DNA of 63,232 bases, filler included, from Folioceros fuciformis (Eukaryota): the NCBI GenBank assembly GCA_049999805.1. It is 28 parts of 28 records of this genome, joined end to end, with 100 filler letters (N's around TTAATTAATTAA, not from the genome) between each part and the next. Parts side by side here need not be neighbours in the genome. Positions count along the whole stretch, not along the records: positions 10,597 to 12,409 come from JBNGIO010000127.1; positions 12,510 to 14,233 come from JBNGIO010000128.1; positions 14,334 to 16,382 come from JBNGIO010000129.1; positions 16,483 to 17,820 come from JBNGIO010000130.1; positions 17,921 to 19,760 come from JBNGIO010000131.1; positions 19,861 to 21,873 come from JBNGIO010000132.1; positions 21,974 to 24,516 come from JBNGIO010000133.1; positions 24,617 to 27,501 come from JBNGIO010000134.1; 20 more parts are not named here. The stretch is one strand, 5' to 3'. A model generated the notes under the pieces. The model saw nothing but the letters and a program-made list of their open reading frames with translations, searched no databases and was not told the DNA's origin. This document shows positions 12,259 through 24,826 of this stretch, one piece after another. The translations under genes were made by a program, and so were the position numbers. Numbering within the stretch: position 1 is the stretch's first letter; every line of letters starts with the position of its first letter.

Positions 12259-12409
12259 TGTGGAGGCAAAACCCCGGGCACTGATTGCCGACGGGTTCCA
12301 CCTTTAGTGGCCACACTTATCCCACTGTCGTTGAGACATTGGGTTTCGTTCCCACGAAGGAGCGATGGGGTTCCTTGCTGCTGTGGATGGAGGGTCGGAC
12401 TTGATCGAC
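12259..12409 (+). mobile_element. Family A LTR-like repeat, 5' terminus
   Basis: Begins TGTGGAGGCAAAACCCC. Confidence 0.9.
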
Positions 12410-12509
12410 NNNNNNNNNNNNNNNNNNNNNNNNNNNNNNNNNNNNNNNNNNNNTTAATTAATTAANNNNNNNNNNNNNNNNNNNNNNNNNNNNNNNNNNN
12501 NNNNNNNNN

Positions 12510-13934
12510 ATAGGCATTAGGTGATTCTGATAGGAAATCTTAGAATATATTAGAAATGCGCAGCGATTAAGCACACTAGTGCTTATAGGTAGAGTGTCTT
12601 GTAGGCGTGAACGAATGGTTAGGGTTTCTAACCGTTAGTACTTAACTAACCTAAACCTGCCCTAACTACCTACTTTCCATCACTCCCACTCAGGTTGAAT
12701 GGTGAGTGATTAGTTTAGTCTTAGGTTTATAGTCTTAAAGCTAATTATTAAATTGTTTTTTGACTTTTTTGCGATAGGCGTATCGACTCAAAGAAACCTA
12801 GCAAAGAAACCTCGACGGGAGGTTAAGAAAACCTTGTCAGGCCCTAACCCCTTCGAGCATTCTTCGCCGCCACTTCAGTCTTCACTTGCCGCCACTGTTA
12901 TCGATGTGCTCCTAGCTCGCTGATCCGATGTTGCGCTCCATCTTAGGGACGCTCCAGTTGCGCGAAGTCCCATGTTGTTGGCGTGTTGATAGTGCTTTAC
13001 CTTCCCAAGTGCCTTCGTCAATATATCTGCAACCATGTGCTCTGTAGGATAGTAGGAAATTCGAATGATACCTTGCGCCGCCGTCTCCCTGATATAGTGA
13101 TGCTGAATCTCAATATGCTTTGTTCTCGTGTGGAACCTCAGATTCATTGACATCGCTATGGCGCTCTGGATATCACAGAAGAGCTCAATTGGCAGCGATT
13201 GAGGTACGCCCAGCTCACTTAGAGCTCCCACTGACCATGTCACTTCTTTGCACACCTCCATGAGGCTTTTGTACTCGGCCTCAGTTGAGGATAATGCTAT
13301 GGTGCTCTGCCTTCTGCTGCTCCAGGAAATTGCGCCGCATGCAAGCAACGTGACAAAGCTCGATATGGACTTGCGGCTTTCTGGGTCCCCAGCCCAGCCC
13401 GCGTGACTGTAAACCACCAATTGGAGAGCATCCTTTACCTTTGCACTATATAAGATGCCCCATTCTTTTGTTGCTGCAATGTACCTGTATATGGCAGAGC
13501 GCGCAAGAGGTCTGAAGTCCCGAAAAGCCGCCTTTCTTCAAGTAGAGCCGCGTAAGATGGTGCTTGATGTTCAGCTTGTCTTGGTGAGAACGGTTTGGCT
13601 CGGCAATAAATCTGGATGACAGACCCAAACTGAAGGCCAGGTTTGGCCTCGTGCCCACCATCAGATGCATTACAGATCCATTCATCGATGGATACTCCTC
13701 AACATAAGCCAGGTCTTGCTCAGGTACAGCGCCATCTTGTGCCAGGAACTTTACATTCTGCTCGACATGGGTTGCAGAGTGGTTGCAATAAGTCATGCCA
13801 TACCTATCAAGGATTTGGTTGACATATTTGTTCTGGTGTAGGAATATGGTGCCAGTACTCCTGTTCCTCTGTAGCTACATGCCTATGCAGAATGTGAGAA
13901 TCCGTAATCTTGAAGGTCTTGCGTAGGTGCTCCT
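12510..13934 (-). mobile_element. Ty1/Copia RT-end/RNase H, PPT and start of 3' LTR
   Basis: GTRPNL, WSSRRQSTIALSSTEAEY, KHIEIQHHYIRE and ADILTKAL motifs. PPT-like TGAGTGGGAG at 12683-12692 is followed by TG at 12682 on the minus strand. Confidence 0.88.
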
Positions 13935-14233
13935 TGTGGAGTGATTTCTTGCACACCCAAGAACCACCAAGGGGCCACACTTCCCCTTATTATCGTTGTA
14001 GTCTTATGATTCGCTCCCAAGGGAGTGAACTAATGTCAAGGTTACCTACATCTCCCTAATCTCACCCTATCTATCAGCATATACCAAGTGCTACAGCAAT
14101 AGGTCAGAATTCTCGGTCCTATCTTCGGCTCCTACCACAACACCAACCCCAGCCTCAACAAAATGAGAACTCCAGCATTGTCTTCAGCCCTCGTTTCCAG
14201 CTCCAAGTATCAATCACTTCAGTGCTAAGAGGA
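13935..14233 (+). mobile_element. Family C LTR-like terminus (TGTGGAGTG...) inserted in a Copia RT
   Basis: Copia homology stops at a TGTGG start; shares TCGTTGTAG...TTCG.TCCCAAGGG with family B. Confidence 0.55.
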
Positions 14234-14333
14234 NNNNNNNNNNNNNNNNNNNNNNNNNNNNNNNNNNNNNNNNNNNNTTAATTAATTAANNNNNNNNNNN
14301 NNNNNNNNNNNNNNNNNNNNNNNNNNNNNNNNN

Positions 14334-15410
14334 TGTTGTCCAGTCCCCCTCTCTCTCCTGCCCGCTCCTCCTTTGCCATCCCGCAGCTCGCTCTCTCCTC
14401 TTGGCCCCTAATCTAATGTTTTAGGGATTGTATACGGTCCGTATACGCACCCCCCTTGTATTTTATATGGTTTAGATATATATTTAATATATATTGATAT
14501 GTATACCATATACGTATCCCCATATTCTTTTCTTTTTATTTTCATCCCTATTTTTCTGGATTTAACTCCAGAAATTCCAATTCAACTCTATTTTACCTGC
14601 TTTCTTTTCCTCATAGCTCGGGGCCTATTCCAGCACCCCAGGGTCAATCTTCCATGGCCGAGGAACCATTTTGGCTGGAAGCTGATTCCGCTAAATAAGT
14701 TACCGTTTTCAGGCCAGGTTCCGGTTACTGATCCCATTGCTTCTTACCTCCTCTCTATCTTTCCCACTACTTATACTCCTCCCCTGGAAGCTGGCTCAGC
14801 CACCAAGGGTGAATAGTCGCAGGGGAAGACTTAGCGGGCGGCCATCCAGCAAGAAAGAGGCGGTGTCCGCAGATCTTTGAAGATCAGACATCCTCCGAAG
14901 TCTCAGGATAGTTTAAGAGGTGGTAGATCCTTGTGGTGGTAGGGCCAACTCATTGGTGGCAGGATGTGCTAGAAGTCTAAATAAGTGGCTGGTGATAGCC
15001 AGCTAGGCTAGTGGTCCTATTAGAATTATATTTGTCAAGTTAGAGAGAGGTGAAGTCAGAGAGAGAGAGGCTCCTATAAGATCAGGTGAGCCTGTAGGAG
15101 GAGGTAGTCATTCACTTTGAGAGTCAGTCTATCACTTCGTGAGCTCTTGGAGGTACTCTCTTCATGAGCTCTTGTGGTCTGTCCCTGCTTGGTTTAGGAC
15201 CTGCAGTGTGTTGCCGGCTGTGCAAAGTCTGGTAGGATTGCAAGCCACATGTTGCCGGTTGTACAGTGTCTGGTAGGATCACAAGGTGTAATGACCAGGG
15301 TGAAGGGGCTTGCCCCTAGCTCCTGATTGTAAAGGATGTGTCTTTCTCTCGACCTGTCCACTCTTGTTCCCTGTTTGGACAAGTGCTGTAGGCCGGCCAT
15401 GTTTCATGGC
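14334..15410 (-). mobile_element. Family A distal portion (probable LTR continuation)
   Basis: 15277-15410 is the reverse complement of family A positions seen at 17687-17820. It continues without an obvious break to the gap and includes a TATA-like CCATATAAAATAC at about 14470. Confidence 0.6.
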
Positions 15411-16382
15411 GGTCACGTTCTTGCCCATCTGTGGGACTAGGAGCACAGGCTCCAAGGTAAGCACCAAACCGTCCTCGAGGGGAAATTCGCAAGTGCCTTG
15501 TCCCATGATTGGCAAGCTGGATCTACTCTGTTCGTCACCGAGTAACACCCTTTCCTTGAGAGGATGAGTATCTAGCTTGGTGAATAGAGTACGATCGTTG
15601 CATATGTGGGCAGTGGCTCCATTGTCGAGATACCACCCCGCATCCTGATGCAACTGGGTTGAGGCAAGCCGTAAGTATCTTTACGGTTCTTGTCTCCACT
15701 GTGCTAGCGTTCCCCTTAATTGCAATACTGGCTACTTGTCACAAGTCAGCCTTCTGCGGCTCTCCGGCCTCTTTCTTGCGGCACTCTCGTGCCCAATGGC
15801 CGGCAGCTCCGCACCAATTGTAGTTTCCAGCTTGGCGAGGAGGGGCAGAGGTCGAGTCACCTTTAGGGGTGAAGTTCGCCTCGCCCTTCGAATTCCTCCT
15901 GGGCTTGAAGTGGGTGGAAAGCGCCCTGTCTGCCTCGGGCTTGGACCCTCCTGCACAACAGAAGCGGCTCTGCTCCTGCTGATACAGAGCACCGATGATG
16001 TCCTCCACTGTTAGGGTGGGGGCGGTACCTGCCTTACCCTGAGTTGATACCAACATCAGGCTGGTAACAAAATTCTGGTAAGACGATGGTAAGCTCATTA
16101 GCAGCTATGCAGCGGCATCGGTCTCCGACATGGTTGAGCCAAGGGAGGCGAGCTGCCCTCGCAGCTGTCTGAACTTCAAGGTGTGAGCAGAGATTGTATC
16201 TGTCTCCATCATCCTTAAGGAGTTGAATTCCTGCCTTATACTGTACAAGGTTAGAACATTGGTAACATTGTGGGTGTTAGACAATTGGTCGCAGATGGCA
16301 GATGCATCTGAGAGAAATTCAACACTAGGCACAAAACTTGAATCTAGGCCGCTGATCAGGAGTGCCACAGCTATCCCATTCA
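15411..16382 (-). mobile_element. Ty1/Copia gag-protease fragment
   Basis: UBN2 (LLMSLPSSYQNFVT), knuckle-like YNWCGAAGHWAREC and WYLDNGATAHIC; paralog of 49867-51020. Confidence 0.9.
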
Positions 16383-16759
16383 NNNNNNNNNNNNNNNNNN
16401 NNNNNNNNNNNNNNNNNNNNNNNNNNTTAATTAATTAANNNNNNNNNNNNNNNNNNNNNNNNNNNNNNNNNNNNNNNNNNNNAGGCCTTATTGTTTGTGT
16501 GTTTCTTGCTGGCTCTCGGCTGCTAAGCTTTGCTTTGGTGGTACATACAGAAAGCCCCTACGACCTCCCAATGCAAGCCACCAATGGACTTCGCACCTGC
16601 AACACATTCGCTTATGTCGACTGGAGTTCCTGTAGTGGGTTTTTGCAACACACGTCAAAGGTCGAGGCGGTTGTTGTTGCAACTCACAATACTAGCTTAT
16701 GGGTTTCTCACTACAACTTGTTCATGTTTAGGTGTATGCAGGCTTGGTAAGGTCACCAC

Positions 16760-17204
16760 GATGAGAAATGTGTCTTGGGTGGGGCTCGGGACATTCTGGG
16801 CCTCTGCTTCTGGAAATAGGCATCAATCCTCAGGTGAGAAACCAAATTTGGGCTGCGCTTCTAGCTACAGGGCATGTTCTGTTTGTGCCGGTATTTGTAT
16901 GTGTGCTTCAAAGCGTTCAAGTCAATGCTACCTGCCCGCAGGTGACAAGTGCAACGGCAACGTTCTTCATGATCTTCTTATCATCCATGTCGGTCATCGA
17001 GTACTACTTCTTAGGCTGCATCCCCATCACCTATGGTGAGTGGTCTCTTATCACCTGCCCTTGCATCATGTAGTCTCTCCATAACCTCGCTCTCACCTCC
17101 AAGTTCTTGCTCTCTGTACAGGATCGTACCTGGTCCTGTTGACCAATTTATCTACCTTCTGGTGTCAGTACTTCATTGCAAAGCTAATCAGGATGTTGAA
17201 GAGA
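16760..17204 (+). pseudogene. Sulfite exporter TauE/SafE family gene fragment (3 exons), frameshifted and interrupted by family A
   Basis: Exons to 16833, 16942-17035 and 17122-17204 with GT-AG introns give ILG/PLLLEIGINPQ-VTSATATFFMIFLSSMSVIEYYFLGCIPITY-GSYLVLLTNLSTFWCQYFIAKLIRMLKR, matching the plant TauE C-terminal pattern. Confidence 0.78.
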
Positions 17205-17820
17205 TGTGGAGGCAAAACCCCGGGCACTGATTGCCAACGGGTTCCACCTTTAGTGGCCACACTTATCCCACTGTCGTTGAGACATTGGGTTTCGTTCCCA
17301 CGAAGGAGCGATGGGGTTCCTTGCTGCTGTGGATGGAGGGTCGGACTTGATCGACTCGATGATGGATTCAAGGGCTCCTCTACAGCTCCGATCAGGCGTA
17401 GGACATGCCTCGCTGTCTGGCGGTCAGCTGCACCTCTCTCGGTGCCCACAAACTCACTCTAGTCACTACAACGACCCTAACCTCTTAGATCTGCGACTTC
17501 CCTCACTCACTTCACTCACTCTCTCACTACAGCACCAACACCAGCAACTAACAATGTCACCACTACCTTCTACACTTCCCTACTGACTCCTCCTACCCGG
17601 CAAGAGTCACTAGACTAACCCCAAAGAAAAGAAAGAAGGGAACACACTCTCCTCTTCGATATCTCCTCCCCACAACCTTACTAGATGCCATGAGACATGG
17701 CCGGCCTACAACACTTGTCCAAGCAAGGAACAAGAGTGGACAGGTCGAGAGAAAGACACATCCTTTACAATCAAGAGCTAGGGGCAAGCCCCTTCACCTT
17801 GGTCATTACACCTTGTGATC
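17205..17820 (+). mobile_element. Family A LTR-like repeat, longest terminal copy
   Basis: Begins TGTGGAGG directly within the TauE exon and runs to the gap. Confidence 0.92.
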
Positions 17821-17920
17821 NNNNNNNNNNNNNNNNNNNNNNNNNNNNNNNNNNNNNNNNNNNNTTAATTAATTAANNNNNNNNNNNNNNNNNNNNNNNN
17901 NNNNNNNNNNNNNNNNNNNN

Positions 17921-18596
17921 ACCAAATTGAATGCTGAAGGGGAGATCGTCAGGTACAAAGCCTAGCTTTGTGCTCGGGGCTTTACCCAGGTTCCTGGTTT
18001 GGACTACCAAGAGACCTTCTCCCTTGTCGCCAGGGCACAGTCCATAAGGATGTTGTTAGCCATTGCAGCCGAATTCAATCTGGAACTACATCAAATGGAT
18101 GTATGCACAGCATTTTTGCATGGAGAGATCAAGGAGGAAATATACATGGAGCAGCCACAAGGCTATGTGGACAAGCGCTATCCTAACAAGGTACTTAGGT
18201 TGCTCAAAGCCTTATACGGGCTTAAACAAAGCGCTATGCTATGGAACGAGAAACTGGATGCAGAATTAAAGGCCCTAGGTTTTGTGCAAAGTGCAGCTGA
18301 CTCATCTGTGTATTACTTAGTTGATGGCTCCGCATTTTGTATCCTTGCTGTGTACGTTGACGATTGTATCTTTGCTTGCACCAACACCTTTATTCTCGAC
18401 AAGGTTAAGGACCTCCTGCAAGCCAAGTTTGAGATGAAGGATGTGGGAGCCTTACAGTTCTGTCTTGGTGTACAAGTTCTGCGCAACAGAGAGAAGGGTT
18501 TAATTGTTATCCACCAGAAAAAGTACCAAACAGAAATCCTCAAGCGTTTCCAGCTTGATCAAGCAAGACCCGTCAACACTCCAGGTTCTGTGGGAG
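17921..18596 (+). mobile_element. Ty1/Copia RT fragment
   Basis: QMDVCTAFLHG, LYGLKQS and VYVDD motifs. Confidence 0.93.
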
Positions 18597-19760
18597 TGTG
18601 GGGTTAAAATATGGTACCCAGGGGTACCGCGAGGTCCACACAAGCCCTCTATGTCGTTGTAGCTCTGGGATTCGATCCCAAGGGAATGATTCGTGCTAAA
18701 CTACACAGGTTAGCTTCTAAAGTCAATTAGCACCCAAACTCGACTGACCCACGCACATGCGTCCCGTGCTCGATCCTTACCCAGTCCCCTTACTTCTCCC
18801 ACCAGACGACCCTCCTACCACCCAGTCGTACCAGGGACTACCGCCCCCTGGACTACTCTTGGTGGCCCGCCGGACTACCCTCCGTTCCCCAATGGACTAC
18901 TACTGTCGTCTTTCGGGCTACCACTCGTGGGTCCCACTCCCTCTCTCTCTCTCTTTCTAGGATTTCCCCTCTCTCCGAGTCGTCCCTACCTGACTGTTTT
19001 CTCGCGCCCTCCCTTTGGCGCTTTCCTTCCTTGGTTCTCCACAAAATAGCCTCTCACCTTCAGGGTCAAACGCACACACATATGAACAACGACAATTTGC
19101 CGGTCGCCTTCCACCCGTGTGGTTTCACACTCTAGGTACACCCTCTGCAGTCTCAAATCAACTTCCTCACAATCTCTCCAGCCTCATCGCGACTAGTCAC
19201 TCATACTCACCACGTCTCATTACACATTACTCACCTCGCTTCCAAGGTTTCTCCGGCTTCGTTCTCCACTCACCAGTTCTCGTTATACGTTCTCCTCGTC
19301 TCTGGTTACTTGCTTCTCCTCTCCCCGTCTCTGGTCACTCGCTTCTCCTCTTTTCACACACGCGCACCCTCGTGCTTCTTCTTTATCCAATCCTCCGTCT
19401 CCTTTCTCAGCAATGCCCCTCCTGGGCTTCCTTGAACATTGAGGAATGGTGAGGTACCGGAGCTAAGGGAAGAGGGGCCTCTTCCACTCCAAACTCGCGG
19501 ATTCGGCTCCGACACCCACACCACCCACGTGACCACTCCGAGGATAGCTGGGGAGCTTCTCTCCCACTCGGCGAGGCTCCTCCTCCCGATTCGTCCCCGG
19601 ACCTGATCACGGAGCGCCCACCACCTACACCCGCACCCCAGGTTGCTACGTGCGCTCGCTTGCCTGGACCTCCTGTCTAGCAACGGCCATCGCTAGGTTC
19701 CTGCAAGGTCGACTGCTCGGCTGGTGTTTTGCTACTTCCTTAGGCCTTCAAACCGGCCTC
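18597..19760 (+). mobile_element. Family B long LTR-like repeat, 5' terminus, inserted in a Copia RT
   Basis: Begins TGTGGGGTTAAAAT; the first about 100 bp match the reverse complement of about 44940-45037. Confidence 0.7.
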
Positions 19761-19860
19761 NNNNNNNNNNNNNNNNNNNNNNNNNNNNNNNNNNNNNNNN
19801 NNNNTTAATTAATTAANNNNNNNNNNNNNNNNNNNNNNNNNNNNNNNNNNNNNNNNNNNN

Positions 19861-20073
19861 TCCCAGCTCTGGGACCAAACCTATACCCACTCTTATAACC
19901 AAACCAACTATTTCCTGGTCAATTAACCTAATTAACACACAGAAAAATAGGAAAAATGACCAGAAAATCAAGGAAAATTAGGAAAAATAAGTTGAAAAAG
20001 AAAACCAAACCATACCACTATTAACCCTTTTTCAACCAAAACAAACTACTACCCCAAACTTTGGAGGTTCACA
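19861..20073 (+). mobile_element. Probable LTR 3' terminus (...GGTTCACA) inserted between Copia IN and RT
   Basis: Duplicate of 1-183; the flank resumes Copia pol. Confidence 0.7.
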
Positions 20074-21873
20074 AGCAGCAAAACTGGAAATGAGGGATAT
20101 GAATCCTCAAGTAGTGAGAGCATTGACAGTGAGTTTGGCATTCTGTCTATGAAAACACCATATGCTAAAGAGCAACGATATGCAAGGCAGGTTCAAATTG
20201 AACCAAGACCAAGGAGATTTGAGAGGGTTAGGAAACCCATTGACAAGTACACCTATACAAGCTACAATGCGCAACATTATGCGTATATGACAAGGATCAC
20301 AGCTTGTAAGGAGCCAATCAAGTTTGCTAAGGCAGTGACAGATGATAAGTGGTGTCAAGCCATGGATGAAGAATACTCAACATTAGTTGAGAACGGAACG
20401 TGGGATTTGGTTCAATTGCCTGATGGCAAGGTTCGTATTGGTTCTAAGTGGGTGTACAAGCTGAAGTTCAAGTCAGATGGAACGCTAGAGCGTTATAAGG
20501 CCAGGTTGGTTGCAAAGGGATATGCACAATAGTATGGTCTTGATTATGAGGAAACCTTCAGTCCAGTAGCCAAGATGACAACTTTAAGGACAGTCATAGC
20601 ATTCGCAGCAGCTAAAGGATGGAAGTTATGGCAAATGGATGTCAAGAATGCTTTCTTGAATGGTGAGTTGCAGGAGGAAGTGTACGTAGAATAGCCTGAA
20701 GGCTTGTTCATCCTAAGTTTCCAACGTATGTATGCAAACTAAAGAAGGCATTGTATGGACTCAAACAAGCACCTACAGCATGGAATGCTCGTATCACAAG
20801 CTATTTGAAGGAGCGAGGGTTTGTGATTGGAGATGCAGATCACAGTCTATTTGTAAAACAGACCAAGGTAGGACAAGTGTGTCTTGTCGTTTATGTTGAC
20901 GACCTGATCATCACAGGAGATGATGCAGATGGTATTGCAGATGTCAAGGCGAATCTGCAAAAAGAGTTCAAGGTGAAGGATCTTGGTGAACTCAGATACT
21001 TCTTAGGAATTGAGGTTCTGTCTACACCTCAAGGAATCTGGCTATTGCAAAAACAATATGCTAAGGATATGTTGCAGAAGTATGGCATGGCAGATTGCAA
21101 AGCGATGGATACACCATTGGAGCAGAACGTCAAGCTGCAAATGGATGTAGGAACTGAGTTGGAAAATGTGACCATGTATCAACAGATGGTCGGAAGTTTG
21201 ATCTACTTGACTATCACACGTCCTGACTTAAGTTATGCAGTAGGACTGATTAGTCAATTCATGCAGAACCCAAGGAAACCGCACTTGGATGCAGGTAGTA
21301 GAATCATGAGATATGTGAAAGGAACTACTGAGTTTGGATTGCTCTATGAGCATAGGAAGCATCTTGAATTGACAGGATATATAGATGCTGATTGGGCTGG
21401 TTGTGCGTATGATAGAAGATCAACCAGTGGATATGCATTTAGTCTGGGAAGTAGTATGATCAGATGGCAAAGCAAGAAACAATTGACAGTTGCTTTGTCA
21501 AGCACAGAAGCATAGTATCAAGGAGCTGCAATGGCAGCATGTGAAGCAGCTTGGTTGCAGAAGTTGCTACATGATCTTGGAAACATAATGAACAGCAAGG
21601 TCACAATCTACTGTGACAACATGAGTAGCATGAGGTTGGCTACTAATCCTATTTTCATGCTCGTTCGAAGCACATAGAAGTACATTATCATTTCATCAGG
21701 GAAGTGGTATCATTTGAGAAGATAGATCTTCGACACGTGAAGATCGAAGACCAGGTAGCAGATATCTTTACTAAGTCGCTAGTTAGAGATAAGTTCTTAC
21801 ACTTTCGTGAACTACTTGGAGTGCTACAAATAGTCTGAGCTTGAGGGGGAGTGTTAGAAATCAAGCTCTAACT
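20074..21873 (+). mobile_element. Ty1/Copia RT-RNase H, PPT and 3' LTR start (21852)
   Basis: [19 protein letters not shown] and DADWAG motifs with several stops; TGAGGGGGAG is followed by TGTTAGAAATC. Confidence 0.93.
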
Positions 21874-21984
21874 NNNNNNNNNNNNNNNNNNNNNNNNNNN
21901 NNNNNNNNNNNNNNNNNTTAATTAATTAANNNNNNNNNNNNNNNNNNNNNNNNNNNNNNNNNNNNNNNNNNNNGGGGTGACATC

Positions 21985-24516
21985 TCAACACTGTTGGTCA
22001 TTTGTGGCAAGGATTACGTCATCCACATACAAAGCTAGGATCACAACGGAGGAGCCAACAGTAAGCTTGTAGACATTAGTATCAGCTGTGCTCTGGACGA
22101 AGTTAATACTCAACAGGTAAACGTGCATGGTCAGGTGCCAAACTCTCCCACTCTGTTTGAGGCCATAAATGCATTTCAGCAGCTTCAAAACCTTATGTGG
22201 GTGTTCCTGATCCTCGTACCCTTCTGGCTGTTGCATATACAGCTCTTCGTCCAAGGCACCATAAAGGAAAGCGGTGCATACGTCCATCTGCTGCAGATCC
22301 AGGTCATGTTCAGTCGCATGTGCAAGAAGTATCCTTATTGACTGTGTGCGGACAACAGGGGAGAAGGTCTCCTGGTAGTCCAAACCCTCAACCTGTGTAA
22401 ACCCTCGGGCTACAAGACGAGCTTTGAAACGAGCCACCTGACCCTTAGCATTCAGCTTTATCTTAAAGACCCATTTGCAGGATATGGCTGTACGGCCAGG
22501 AGGTAAGTCAGATAATACCCAAGTCTTGTTTTTAACCAAAGACTGATACTCGTCCTCCACAGCCACTTTCCATTCTGCTGACTCCGAGCCATTGAAAGCT
22601 TCAAATAGGGAAGTAGGCTCATCTGGAACAGCAAAGTTGACTGCTAGGTTAGTCCTAAAGTCTACAGAATGGTAACGTGGCTCTGTCCATTCAGATGGTG
22701 TTGGACGATGGCGAGTAGACCGCCGCAGTTCAGGTTCACTATCAGGAGGAACAGCCTGTGCAGGCGCAACTTCAACAGAATCTTGGAGACAAGCGTCGGC
22801 AGCATCCTGTGGAGGATCAACAGGAACAGGAACATCATGACAGACTAGATGATCAGCTGGATCAGGCTGTAAGTCCTGATCAGCAGCGGGAGCCTCCACA
22901 GGTTGGAAGTCGTCGTCAGCTGAATCCACGGGTGGAATCTGAGGTGGTAAAGCAACAGGTTCCATGTCATCCAGAGGATATTCTGCTTTGTCATCAGCAT
23001 AGTGTGGATCAGAGTCTCCAGAAGAAGCTACCACAGAGAATGTGTCTCTAGGTGCTGTGGGCTCAAGGAAGGTAACACTGCGAGCAAGCACAATTGAGGT
23101 TGTCTCAGGATGATACAGCTTGTAAGCCTTCACTTGTTCGCTGTACCCCACAAAGATAAGAGCCTGTGCTCGAGCATCCAGCTTCTTCCTCTTCTCAGTA
23201 GGAATATGAGCATACGCCTTAGACCCAAAAATCCGCAGGTGAAGCAAACTGGGCCTCTTATGCCAGAACACTTCATATGGGGTTTTATGAGGGACTGAGC
23301 TTGTGAGAACTCTGTTCAGAATATAGGTTGCTGTCACAACGGCCTCGGCCCAATATCCCTGGGGTAAGCCTGCCCAAATAAGCATGCTCCTAGTCATACC
23401 TAACAAAGTCTGATTTTTCCTTTCTGATACACCGTTTTGTTGTGGTGTGTAGGGCATAGTCAATTGTCGAAGAATCCCATACTCTTGAAGCAATTCGTCA
23501 AAAAGTGAGTTTAAAAACTCCGACCCATTGTCTGTCCTTAGGATCTTGAGGGGCATGCCTGATTGTCTTTGAGCAGTCGAAAGCCACTCCTTGAAACAGC
23601 TGAAAGTATCACTCTTCAGATGCAAAGGGAAGGTCCACGTGTACCGACTGTAATCATCAGTCAAAGTGAAAAAGTAATGTGAACCTCCTAGAGACAGTGC
23701 ATGGATTTTCCCTGATATATCAGCATGCACTAACTCGAGGACTTGAGTGGCTCTGTATGCAGGAGCATTAGGAAAAGGGGATTCCTTCTGTTTGGCCAAA
23801 ATACAAGACTCACAAATTGGTAAGTCTTTAAAACACTTAGGAAGTGGCTCCCTGTGGCATTCCGTGACAGACATATCTATAAGCTTGGACCGGTTGACAT
23901 GACCTAGTCTAGCATGCCACAACACTGCCTCTTGCTTTGTACTGACTGAATGACTTGACGTGGACAGTGCAGAATGCTGGGAGACAGTAGCAAAGTTGCA
24001 GGTAATATTCAGCCTGTACAGATCATGGGCTAAGATGCCTTTGAAGACACATATGTCTGGATAGGACCTTCTGTAGAAGGAGCAATGATTAGCATCAGCA
24101 CGCATACAAAAGGTACGTAGGCATAACAACTGACTCATAGACATAAGGTTTTTAGCCATACTTGGAACAAACAGGACATCATCTAACTTGAGATCAGTGT
24201 TATCCTGCAGCCTAAAGATACAACTACCTCTGCCATCAATGCGCAGACTAGTTGTACTTTGCTCATCTCCGAGCAACACCTTGTCACGTACATGACCAAG
24301 GTCAAGGGTAGTAAACAACTCCCTGTCCTTGCAGATATGGGTGGTGGCGCCAGAGTCAAGGTACCAGCTGCCATCGTCATTACATGTACTGGAAAGGCAA
24401 ACAGTAAGGATCTTAACTGGTGCCTTCGTGTCTCCAGAAGTTTTCTCCTTGACAGCAGAGTTGGCCCCTGGCTGCCGTTGGGGCTCACCTGCCTTCTTCT
24501 TACGGCATTCTCTTGC
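21985..24516 (-). mobile_element. Ty1/Copia pol (protease, GAG_pre, integrase, RT), uninterrupted frame
   Basis: WYLDSGATTHIC, WHARLGH, CESC, integrase D..D..E (ADISG, RTDNGSEF, QNGVSER), KARLVARGF and LYVDD; Copia domain order with IN before RT. Confidence 0.96.
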
Positions 24517-24826
24517 NNNNNNNNNNNNNNNNNNNNNNNNNNNNNNNNNNNNNNNNNNNNTTAATTAATTAANNNNNNNNNNNNNNNNNNNNNNNNNNNN
24601 NNNNNNNNNNNNNNNNGATTACACACGGGAGAAGCATTTATTGGATCGGAGATTGAGACGCAGGCATCAAAATCCTCTGCACTCCTGGACATATTACCCG
24701 TCACCGGTTATCATCGTCTGAACCTTCCAGCTGACGACCAAAGCCAGGCCGTGCAACGGACATACATACTACGCTGCCCCGATGACAGGTAGGACTTCTC
24801 TTAAGTTAAATGTTAACTACGCGACT

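Noticed and set aside
17205-17460. Family A as a hammerhead retrozyme or a Cassandra (5S-bearing) element
   Set aside because: No CUGANGA...GAAA core in a workable arrangement was found on either strand, and no 5S rRNA similarity was recognised.
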